A stretch of DNA of 26,851 nt from a candidate division WOR-3 bacterium (GTDB taxonomy: Bacteria > Hydrothermota > Tepidihabitantia > Tepidihabitantales > JAOUPE01), in contig JBDRUX010000013.1 in assembly GCA_039801565.1 (NCBI GenBank), positions 6,048 through 32,898 on the forward strand, written 5' to 3'. Positions within the stretch are counted from its first letter, which is position 1, and each line of letters starts with the position of its first letter. The notes beneath the pieces are model-generated. The model did no database searches and was not told the DNA's origin. It saw nothing but the letters and a program-made list of their open reading frames with translations. This document shows, piece by piece, positions 9,021-16,319 of the stretch. The position numbers and the translations under genes are program-made.

Positions 9021-9703
9021 TTCAAGTTTCTAATATCCACAAGCGCTTTGGCGACCAAGTTGTGCTTGATGGTGTCAGTTTTGAGGTCGCGGATAAAGAG
9101 ATTGTCGTGATTTTAGGACCGTCTGGTACCGGTAAAACGGTTCTTTTGAAAATAATCGCTGGTTTAATCAAACCTGATGCTGGAGATGTTTTCTTTGACG
9201 GCAAATCTTTACAAAAAATGGGACCAAAAGAAATTTCCGAACTCCGTCGGCAAATTGGTTTTGTCTTTCAAAATTCAGCTCTTTTTGACTCCTTGAATGT
9301 CTATAAAAATATCGGCATTGCTATTGAAGAACATACGGGTTGGCGAAGAGAAAAAAGGTATGACCGCGTTCACCAAATTTTAGAAATCATCGGTCTTACC
9401 GGTAAAGAAAAATTATTGCCCAAGGATTTATCCGGTGGGATGATGAAATTAGTCGCAATTGGTCGGGCATTAGCCCTTGACCCAACCTATCTTTTTTATG
9501 ACGAACCAACGGCAGGACTTGACCCAATTATGAAAGCAAGGATTATTGAACTTATCGTTTCATTTCGTGACTATTTTCATAAATCGGGGATAGTAGTTAC
9601 CCACGACTTAGAGACCGCCCAAGCGATTGGTTCAAGACTATTGATGTTAAAGTACGGCAAAATTGAGAAGATTACAACCATTGAAAAGGAACGCTATGAA
9701 TAG
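9017..9703 (+). CDS. mlaF: MlaF-family ABC transporter ATP-binding protein
   Basis: Walker A GPSGTGKT, FQNSALFDS, LSGGM, YDEPTAGLDP, VTHD. Confidence 0.92.
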   Translation: MIQVSNIHKRFGDQVVLDGVSFEVADKEIVVILGPSGTGKTVLLKIIAGLIKPDAGDVFFDGKSLQKMGPKEISELRRQIGFVFQNSALFDSLNVYKNIGIAIEEHTGWRREKRYDRVHQILEIIGLTGKEKLLPKDLSGGMMKLVAIGRALALDPTYLFYDEPTAGLDPIMKARIIELIVSFRDYFHKSGIVVTHDLETAQAIGSRLLMLKYGKIEKITTIEKERYE

Positions 9704-10433
9704 AATAAAAACTGTTGCAATTATTGGATTTATTGTCATTGCTATTGTCGGTTTTTTTCTAATGCTGGCTTGGTTTTCCGGTAAGTTTGGCTTGCGCCAA
9801 GAAAAGCTCTATAGAATATATTTTGACAATGTCTCCGGTTTAAAGGTTGGTGACCCAGTCGAAGTCTTAGGACTCGTCAAGGGAAGAGTGAAAACGATGC
9901 AGTTAGAAGGTGATAAGGTTAAAGTGACAATCGCCTTAAGCCCAGAAGTTAAATTAACTAAGGACACTAAATTTGCGATTCGTTCGCTTAGCTACATTGG
10001 TAGCGATAAATATCTATTCGTTAAACCGGGAATTGGTGAGCCTGTGCCCGCCAATAGCTTGTTTTGGGGTGAAAATGAATCGCTCAACTTAGAATTGACC
10101 TTTCAGAAGCTTGACCGATTGATTGATAGTCTAAGACCACTACAATTGGGCAGCACTCTTAATAAGACCAAAGATGAATTGATTAACGCCATCCAAAGCG
10201 AACTCAAACCTTTTGCCGGTTCGGTTATGAATCTGACCGAAGTGTTAAGCCAATTAGCTAGCAGGCTTGATTCATTGAATGATTTATTAACCAAAGAATC
10301 AACCGTCAAGGAACTTTTGACTTCCAAAGAATTCTATAATGAACTTTTAACGACCAATCGTCAATTACAAGATTTGCTCCAAGATATAAAAAATAATCCG
10401 CAAAAATATATTCAGTTGCGATTGTTTAAGTAG
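9696..10433 (+). CDS. mlaD: MlaD/MCE-family protein
   Basis: N-terminal TM helix, MCE motif F.NVSGLKVGDPV...G...GRV, helical C-terminus ending DIKNNP.KY. Start moved to ATG 9696 (MNRIK). Confidence 0.88.
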   Translation: MNRIKTVAIIGFIVIAIVGFFLMLAWFSGKFGLRQEKLYRIYFDNVSGLKVGDPVEVLGLVKGRVKTMQLEGDKVKVTIALSPEVKLTKDTKFAIRSLSYIGSDKYLFVKPGIGEPVPANSLFWGENESLNLELTFQKLDRLIDSLRPLQLGSTLNKTKDELINAIQSELKPFAGSVMNLTEVLSQLASRLDSLNDLLTKESTVKELLTSKEFYNELLTTNRQLQDLLQDIKNNPQKYIQLRLFK

Positions 10434-10452
10434 TATTGGGAAAGGAGTTAGA

Positions 10453-11817
10453 ATGTTAGATGAAATGAAAAAGATACTTACTTTGGTTAACGCGGATTAT
10501 GCCGATTTGCGTTACGAACGGATGTTAGATACGAAGATTGATTTTGATGGCAAAGAGTTAACCCTTGTCAGTACCAATGTGACCGATGGTTATGTGTTAC
10601 GAGTGCTGAAAAAAGGTGGGTTGGCGACAGTAGCTTTTACAAAAAAGAGTGATGCAAAAAAAGCAATCAAGACCGCAGAAGAGAATGCTGAATTAATTGG
10701 TAAATACCAAAAAGAGCCAATTCGACTCGCTAAAGCCGAAGTGATAAATGATACCTATAAACCGAACTTAAATATTGACCCCAGGGAAGTGAAAATCGAT
10801 GAGAAATTAACTTTACTGACTCACTACAATCAAATTCCTTATCGCTACCAAAAGATTGCGACAACCCAAATGAGTTACGAAGATAAAGTGCGCGAAAAGT
10901 ATTTTGTTAATACCGAAGGCACGCAGATTGAAGAAGACCTCATTACCACGCGTGTGATTGGCTCAATTGTCAGTCAAGAAGGAACGCTAACCCAACGCAT
11001 CCGGGTCGGTTTTGGTGGAAGTGACGGATATGCTCGAGTCATAAACCGCGAAGCCGAAATTGAAGAAAAGACAAAATTGGTACTGGATATGTTAAAAGCC
11101 AAACCGGTTACAGCTGGTAATTATCGGGTAATTTTAAATCAACGGTTAGCTGGTGTCTTTACCCATGAGGCTTTTGGCCATTTTTCCGAAGCCGATATTA
11201 TTGAAGAGTCGCCCAGTATGCGTCAAAAATTGCAACTCGGTGCCGAACTTGGCACACCGATTTTAAATATCAAAGACGACCCAACCCAAACTAACCAATT
11301 GGGACATTATAAGTATGATGACGAAGGGGTGCGGGCTCGACCAACCCGACTTCTGAAAAATGGCGTTTTGGTTGGACGGCTCCACTCGCGCCGAACCGCG
11401 GCTGCCTTTAGTGAACCATTAACTGGCCATGCCATTGCTGAAGATTATCGCTATCCGCCAATTATTCGAATGGGCAGTATCTATATCGAGCCGGGTCAAG
11501 ATAACTTTGAGGATTTACTGGCAAAATTAGGGGATGGGTTATATCTATTAAACCCGATGGGTGGTCAGACCAGTGGTGAGAATTTCACCTTTGCTGCCCA
11601 ATATGGCTACGAAGTGAAAAACGGTAAGATGAAAGATATGATAAGAGATATTAATATATCCGGTAACTTATACCAAACCCTCAAAAATATTAGTGCCATT
11701 GCCAATGATTTGGTTTTAGGTGAAATTGGCGGCTGTGGCAAAGGCCAAACTAATATTCGCTCCTGCTACGGTGCGCCGCATATTCTAATTGAAAGTGTCG
11801 TGATTGGAGGTAGATGA
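10453..11817 (+). CDS. tldD: TldD-family metalloprotease
   Basis: HEAFGHFSE metal-binding motif, YDDEG, C-terminal GCGK. Confidence 0.92.
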   Translation: MLDEMKKILTLVNADYADLRYERMLDTKIDFDGKELTLVSTNVTDGYVLRVLKKGGLATVAFTKKSDAKKAIKTAEENAELIGKYQKEPIRLAKAEVINDTYKPNLNIDPREVKIDEKLTLLTHYNQIPYRYQKIATTQMSYEDKVREKYFVNTEGTQIEEDLITTRVIGSIVSQEGTLTQRIRVGFGGSDGYARVINREAEIEEKTKLVLDMLKAKPVTAGNYRVILNQRLAGVFTHEAFGHFSEADIIEESPSMRQKLQLGAELGTPILNIKDDPTQTNQLGHYKYDDEGVRARPTRLLKNGVLVGRLHSRRTAAAFSEPLTGHAIAEDYRYPPIIRMGSIYIEPGQDNFEDLLAKLGDGLYLLNPMGGQTSGENFTFAAQYGYEVKNGKMKDMIRDINISGNLYQTLKNISAIANDLVLGEIGGCGKGQTNIRSCYGAPHILIESVVIGGR

Positions 11818-13130
11818 TGGAAAAATTACTAAAATTGGCAAAAAAAGTTGCTGACCAGGTGGAAATTTATTCAATAACTTATCAAACCGACAGCGTCAGT
11901 TTTGAAAATTCCAGGCTGAAAGCTATTGATAGTAAAATTCAGGATGGTATCGCACTCCGGATTGTCAAAGATGGCAAGTTGGGTTTTGCCTATACGAGAA
12001 ATCTTCTAAGTCGAGAAGAACTTATTGAAAATGCCTTAGCCAGCATCAAAGGTGGTGTTGCGGCACAATACCAATTCCCTTTGACGAAAAAAATTACTAA
12101 ACTAAATTCCTTTGATACCGCAATAAAAAAAGTTACCAATAAACAAATGGTGGAAGAATGTCGAAGGATTTGTGAGATTTTAGGGACAAATACCAAGGCC
12201 GAAATCCACACCAGTTTAGAAAAAGCGGTTCAGAAGATTCGGCTGATAAATAGTTCGGGTACTGACTTAACTACTCAATTTTCCGAATTCTCAGGTTATG
12301 CTGGGATATTATATCCAGGTTCGCATGCCGCAATTTTTCGGATTTTATATTCGAAAAAGTTTGAACAATTCCCGGACCATTGGCTCAATCTTATGGTCGC
12401 GCTTTATAGCCAATCGTTAAAAGAAGCGAAACCGAAAACCGGTAGAATGAAGGTTCTCTTTATGCCGGAAACTTTATACGCTTTAATCTGGCGACTGAAA
12501 GAAGCAACCAATAGCAAAAATATCTATGAACAAGTTTCACCAATCAAGGATAAATTGAATCAGAAAATCTTAAGTGAAAAACTGACTGTCGTTGATGAAC
12601 CTTTAAATGACAATCTCCCTAACGCAAGGGCTTTTGATGATGAAGGGATGCCTTGTCAGAATCTTACCATTATTGAAGCCGGCGTATTTAAAAATTTCTA
12701 TACTGATTTGAATTATGCGACAAAATTAAAAGTAGAGCCAACCGGAAATGGTTATAAAGCAAACATTTCATCTAAGATTACACCGATGTTGAATCATTTA
12801 ACTATAAGGCCGGGACAGAAATCTTTCGAAGAATTGATAAAAATGATTGACAAGGGAATTATTGCTTGTGGCATAATGGGTGCGCATAGTGGTAATATCT
12901 TAAATGGTGATTTCTCAGTTGGGTTGGCACCAGGAATCTATGTTGAGAATGGTGAAATTGTGGGGCAAGTTAAAGATGCAATGGTGGCGGGTAATATTTA
13001 TGAAGTGATGAACAATGTGGTTGAGATTGAGGATACCTTATATCCCAGTTTTACTGGAATGGCTTCAACTTTGGGGAGTCTACCGGCAATCCTTTTTGCC
13101 GATGTGAGTGTCGCAATGAAAAATTCTTGA
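11814..13130 (+). CDS. pmbA: PmbA/TldE-family partner subunit
   Basis: FDDEG, TGNG, GDFS; lacks HExxxH; overlaps the tldD stop. Confidence 0.88.
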   Translation: MMEKLLKLAKKVADQVEIYSITYQTDSVSFENSRLKAIDSKIQDGIALRIVKDGKLGFAYTRNLLSREELIENALASIKGGVAAQYQFPLTKKITKLNSFDTAIKKVTNKQMVEECRRICEILGTNTKAEIHTSLEKAVQKIRLINSSGTDLTTQFSEFSGYAGILYPGSHAAIFRILYSKKFEQFPDHWLNLMVALYSQSLKEAKPKTGRMKVLFMPETLYALIWRLKEATNSKNIYEQVSPIKDKLNQKILSEKLTVVDEPLNDNLPNARAFDDEGMPCQNLTIIEAGVFKNFYTDLNYATKLKVEPTGNGYKANISSKITPMLNHLTIRPGQKSFEELIKMIDKGIIACGIMGAHSGNILNGDFSVGLAPGIYVENGEIVGQVKDAMVAGNIYEVMNNVVEIEDTLYPSFTGMASTLGSLPAILFADVSVAMKNS

Positions 13131-13359
13131 GAATAGTGATAATACTTTTTGCCCAAGTCGCGATTCGTATTCATCATTTTTGTATCAAGACTCCAAGTTC
13201 AACATCCAAAGCTCTTTACTAAAATCTTTGATACCTACAATGACCAAATCGGGTCGCAATAATGAAGAAGTGAACATATCCTTGGAAAGGAATCAATCCC
13301 GGAATTTATTTCTTACGATTCGGAACCGAAACAAAAATTTTCTGGTCTTAAAATAATCA

Positions 13360-13411
13360 TTTGGGTTTTAGAAATTGGGTTTGTTTAGATATTAGAAATT
13401 AGGAATTAAGG
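13360..13411. repeat. Degenerate AT-rich heptamer tandem repeat (WTTRGRW-like), abutting 12-bp array A
   Basis: tttgggt tttagaa attgggt (ttg) tttagat attagaa attagga attaagg. Confidence 0.55.
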
Positions 13412-13414
13412 GTG

Positions 13415-13534
13415 CCTGTCCCCAAGCCAGCTCCCAAAGTAGCCTACGGGGCAGTTCCTATGCTTGCTTCCCAGCTTGCCTCCCAACTAACTCCCTGGCT
13501 TGCTCCCGAACCCACTTCCGAAGTACCTTCGAAT
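13415..13534. repeat. Degenerate 12-bp tandem repeat array A (10 units)
   Basis: cctgtccccaag ccagctcccaaa gtagcctacggg gcagttcctatg cttgcttcccag cttgcctcccaa ctaactccctgg cttgctcccgaa cccacttccgaa gtaccttcgaat. Confidence 0.85.
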
Positions 13535-13633
13535 GCTCTCCTCAGAATGAGAATAACATATGAGAAAAAATCTCTGTTTTTTGGTTTAATTAGATAACCT
13601 TAACCAATCCACTCTTTGGCAGGAAAGAAGTCG

Positions 13634-14007
13634 CTATCTTATCTCGATTGGTAATTTTTTAAACCTTATTCTTGACCGCTCAATGACGATGATGCAATTC
13701 TTCTTGTCTTCAATTTCGGGCAAGGCTTTAGCAAGTATTTCATTAATCCGGTCGGTATTAAGATTACCAACCCCAAGAATTATGACACTGGGTTCTATCT
13801 CTTTAGTATAAGCAAGAATTGCCCCGAAATCTAAATCTTCAGTTAATAAGGTGAATCCGTTCTTTTTCGCAAAATTAATAATTTCCTCATCGGTGGCTCG
13901 TTCCATTTTGAAATTTTGAAATCAGTTAAATGACAACACTCAATATTCATTTTTCGTAAAAATTCCACGGTCCGCAGTGAGATTGGTATATCGGCAAGAA
14001 TCTTCAC
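13634..14007 (-). pseudogene. DUF5615-family PIN-like toxin, frameshifted by an 8-bp tandem duplication
   Basis: GTG 14007 opens MKILADIPISLRTVEFLRKMNIECCHLTDFK. TTTGAAAT is duplicated at 13907-13922. Removing one copy joins this in frame to MERATDEEII...LLTEDLDFG, giving 121 aa. Confidence 0.85.
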
Positions 14008-14040
14008 TAAGTTATTTTCGACTTTTTCTTCTTCGAGAAC

Positions 14041-14232
14041 CTAGGCGGAATATTTTATAGCTTGAAGAATATCTTCACGCTCAAGGTAGGGGTAATCCCT
14101 TAAAATATCTTCAATAGTCATCCCAGATGCCAAAAGATTTAAAATTTTAGAAACCGGGAATCTCATTCCTCTGATACAAGGTTTGCCACCAAATACTTTT
14201 GGGTCAATGGTTATTCTTTCAAACTTTTCCAT
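14041..14232 (-). CDS. DUF433-family antitoxin-like protein (63 aa), probably truncated by a premature TAG
   Basis: RITIDPKVFGGKPCIRGMRFPV...LASGMTIEDILRDYPYLEREDI is the DUF433 signature. Start moved to ATG 14232. The frame continues as VLEEEKVE after the TAG. Confidence 0.88.
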   Translation of the reverse strand: MEKFERITIDPKVFGGKPCIRGMRFPVSKILNLLASGMTIEDILRDYPYLEREDILQAIKYSA

Positions 14233-14239
14233 ATTTTGG

Positions 14240-14267
14240 ATTTTATCTAAATTCCTTGGATTGTCAA
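14240..14267 (-). promoter_or_regulatory. Sigma70-type promoter of the DUF433/DUF5615 pair, probably leaderless
   Basis: Minus strand TTGACA-N16-TAAAAT, then 7 nt to ATG 14232. Confidence 0.7.
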
Positions 14268-14386
14268 ACAAATTTTTTAAGATAGAAATGGTATCTATTT
14301 CTATCGGCTTGAAGCAGGTGAGTTTTGAATTGACCATTGAAGAGTTCAAAAATTTACTATAGCCGTCAAAAAAGTCGTCAATGAAG

Positions 14387-14417
14387 CCAACTTAGGAACT
14401 AGCCTACAGGGTAGCCT
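14387..14417. repeat. Short 12-bp repeat array B (about 2.5 units)
   Basis: ccaacttaggaa ctagcctacagg gtagcct; same consensus and orientation as arrays A and C. Confidence 0.65.
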
Positions 14418-14444
14418 TGACAAAAATTAAACAATGACTATAAT
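14417..14444 (+). promoter_or_regulatory. Consensus sigma70 promoter of the orphan gene, probably leaderless
   Basis: TTGACA-N16-TATAAT, then 7 nt to ATG 14452. Confidence 0.75.
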
Positions 14445-14451
14445 AAAGAAA

Positions 14452-14787
14452 ATGCATTATCAAGTAAATTTCAATACCAGTGAATGGGAAATCATTGCCG
14501 AGACCTTTAATTTTGACAAATATTATCAAGGCGAATATGATTCAATCGAGAAACTCCGATTAACCCGCGAAGCTTGGCAAGGCAATTTACCGCTTTATCT
14601 TCACGATATTCAAATGTTTAAACCTGAAGTTTTGATTGAGCGGGCAAAAGGCATTGTCACCACTGATCCGGTCTTTGCCGTTTTTGATAAAACCAACCTT
14701 ACTTTTGCCGAAATGATTTGGGAAATTTGGGCGCGACGTAAAGAAATCATCAAAATCTCGCCCGGCGATTATAATTATTATGAATGA
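14452..14787 (+). CDS. Hypothetical protein (111 aa), family not recognised
   Basis: Open frame MHYQVNFNTSEWEII...YNYYE behind a consensus promoter. The ORF-track start at 14434 lies inside the promoter spacer. Confidence 0.7.
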   Translation: MHYQVNFNTSEWEIIAETFNFDKYYQGEYDSIEKLRLTREAWQGNLPLYLHDIQMFKPEVLIERAKGIVTTDPVFAVFDKTNLTFAEMIWEIWARRKEIIKISPGDYNYYE

Positions 14788-14918
14788 GAATAAAATACAT
14801 TGTGCCAATTGGAATCGAACACTTTTAATTGGTGAATTGAATTCGTCGCAATCTGCCAAAGAGGGATTTGAACTGAAGTCAAACGGGCATAACTTATAAA
14901 GATAATTTAAACGACGAA

Positions 14919-15134
14919 GCAGTATAGGAACTAACTCCCTAAGCGACCTACGGAGCTACCTACCGGGCTACTCCCCGGGTTGCTTCCCAAGTTGCCTACC
15001 GAGTCGCTTCCGAGGTCGCCTCCTAACCCGCTCCCCAACCCGCCTACTAACCAGCTCCAGAAGCAACTCCTGAGGCAACTCCCCAAGCAACCTACGGGGT
15101 AGCTTAGGGGGTAGCCTACGGGGTCACCCCCTAT
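14919..15134. repeat. Degenerate 12-bp tandem repeat array C (18 units), GC-rich, with fold-back symmetry
   Basis: Units such as gcgacctacgga gctacctaccgg gctactccccgg gttgcttcccaa gttgcctaccga ... gcaacctacggg gtagcttagggg gtagcctacggg gtcaccccctat. No indels; consensus SYNRCYYMCNRR. Confidence 0.92.
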
Positions 15135-15360
15135 ACGATACCCCCTCCCTAAAGGAAAATTAGCGTAACCGACGGAAGACCAACACGATAGATGAAAAAA
15201 TCGGTCATTTTTAGGTTGAAATATATTTCAACTTTTTCTGACACAAAATCTGTCCTAATACCGGTAAGGAAAATAAGGAAATTTTGAATTTGTAATCACT
15301 TAATTGGTCTCATCTTTGGTATATAATTCTTTTCTAATTTCTCTGTTATCTCTGCGGTTA

Positions 15361-15389
15361 AATAAAAAGGCGGGTAAAAAACCGCCCTT
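15361..15389 (-). terminator. Intrinsic terminator of the dnaN-lipoprotein operon
   Basis: Minus strand GGCGG-ttttttac-CCGCC followed by TTTTTATT. Confidence 0.65.
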
Positions 15390-15528
15390 AGAAATTTAAA
15401 AGTTTATAAGTTTTTGGGTGGTTTTGGAATGAAACCGCCTTCTGCCACTTTTGCCAATTCAATAACATCAGTTTTGCGTCCTTCGGCATCGGATAAAAAT
15501 CCGCAAACACATATCTTTTGCTTTTCAT
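15388..15528 (-). CDS. Possible 46-aa small protein (MKSKRYVFADFYPMPKDAKLMLLNWQKWQKAVSFQNHPKTYKLLNF)
   Basis: ATGA overlap with the upstream stop; its own stop abuts the terminator hairpin. No recognisable family. Confidence 0.3.
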   Translation of the reverse strand: MKSKRYVFADFYPMPKDAKLMLLNWQKWQKAVSFQNHPKTYKLLNF

Positions 15529-16319
15529 CGGCGGGCGCGATTTCGAATTTTGAGTTTTTCTAACTTCTGATTAAAATATCGGCTTGCTCTTTCTCTTTTG
15601 CCGGGTAGTCCAACATAAAAGAATCGGTCAGGAGCTTCATTTACACTGTTATAAATTCCATAGCCGGCACCATAAATATTGCCCTCAGCACCAGGTAGAC
15701 AGGGTGGACCATCACAAGCCCAAACATTAATGATGCCATCACCGCCTTCGGTGATCCGAGCAACATAAGGGGGAAAGAGTCGGCTTTTTTCATAAACAAC
15801 ATAATTGCTATAAACTATCGTGTCCATATCAAACACAAACTCGTCTTCTTCTCCTAAGGAATCTTCATACCAGTAATCAATATAGATATCTAACCAATAC
15901 CAGGTAGCACCTTCGGCTTTGGTCCAATAAATCTGGAGGGATGAATCTTTTACTAATAGATAAGTTGATTCCGGATAAAGGATGGCAAAATCGTTGGGCA
16001 TATAAACTTCACCCTGTGCCTTACCACCGGCGTGTTCCAAAACTAATTTATATTTTCGATTGATTTCAAATGGCTTATAATCCCGAAAGAAATAATAATC
16101 GTAATGGTAATCATCAATATTTAAGGCGGTGTCATTGATCAAGCAGTTTGGTACCATTTTAAAACCTCGTTGATTGTGAACATAGACTTCTTTATAATAA
16201 TAAGTGAAGGGTGGACGAACTGCCTTGATAATGAAACCAGTGATATAAACTTTGTCATTTTTGCTACAACCGACAAGCAAAAGGATTAAGATAATGAGCT
16301 TTCGAAATAATTTTGTCAT
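15525..16319 (-). CDS. Putative lipoprotein, paralogue of 16316-17122
   Basis: Signal peptide II with lipobox LVGC; Tyr/aromatic-rich; shares YYKEVYV, P.DF.I..PE..Y.L.KDS.L, A.WY and INxWA.DG with its neighbour. Confidence 0.8.
   Translation of the reverse strand: MTKLFRKLIILILLLVGCSKNDKVYITGFIIKAVRPPFTYYYKEVYVHNQRGFKMVPNCLINDTALNIDDYHYDYYFFRDYKPFEINRKYKLVLEHAGGKAQGEVYMPNDFAILYPESTYLLVKDSSLQIYWTKAEGATWYWLDIYIDYWYEDSLGEEDEFVFDMDTIVYSNYVVYEKSRLFPPYVARITEGGDGIINVWACDGPPCLPGAEGNIYGAGYGIYNSVNEAPDRFFYVGLPGKRERASRYFNQKLEKLKIRNRARR

Noticed and set aside
13131..13359. Pseudogene downstream of pmbA
   Set aside because: The frames I translated gave only short peptides with no recognisable family, so it cannot be supported without a search.
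13412..13597. 61-aa ORF over array A
   Set aside because: It is a translation of the repeat. The equivalent frame in array C has several stops, so it is probably not a real protein.
14041..14043. TAG recoding (pyrrolysine or an alternative genetic code)
   Set aside because: TAG is the normal stop of prs, mlaD and iaaA in this window; a local mutation is the simpler explanation.
13415..15134. 12-bp arrays as a CRISPR array
   Set aside because: No constant 23-47-nt repeat with unique spacers, units are contiguous and degenerate, and there are no cas genes in the window.
13415..15134. Arrays A and C as a DGR template/variable repeat pair
   Set aside because: They are not colinear copies, the differences are not confined to adenines, and no reverse transcriptase is present in the window.
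13131..15360. Integron cassette array
   Set aside because: No convincing attC (RYYYAAC...GTTRRRY) structures by eye, no integrase, and the genes are in mixed orientation.
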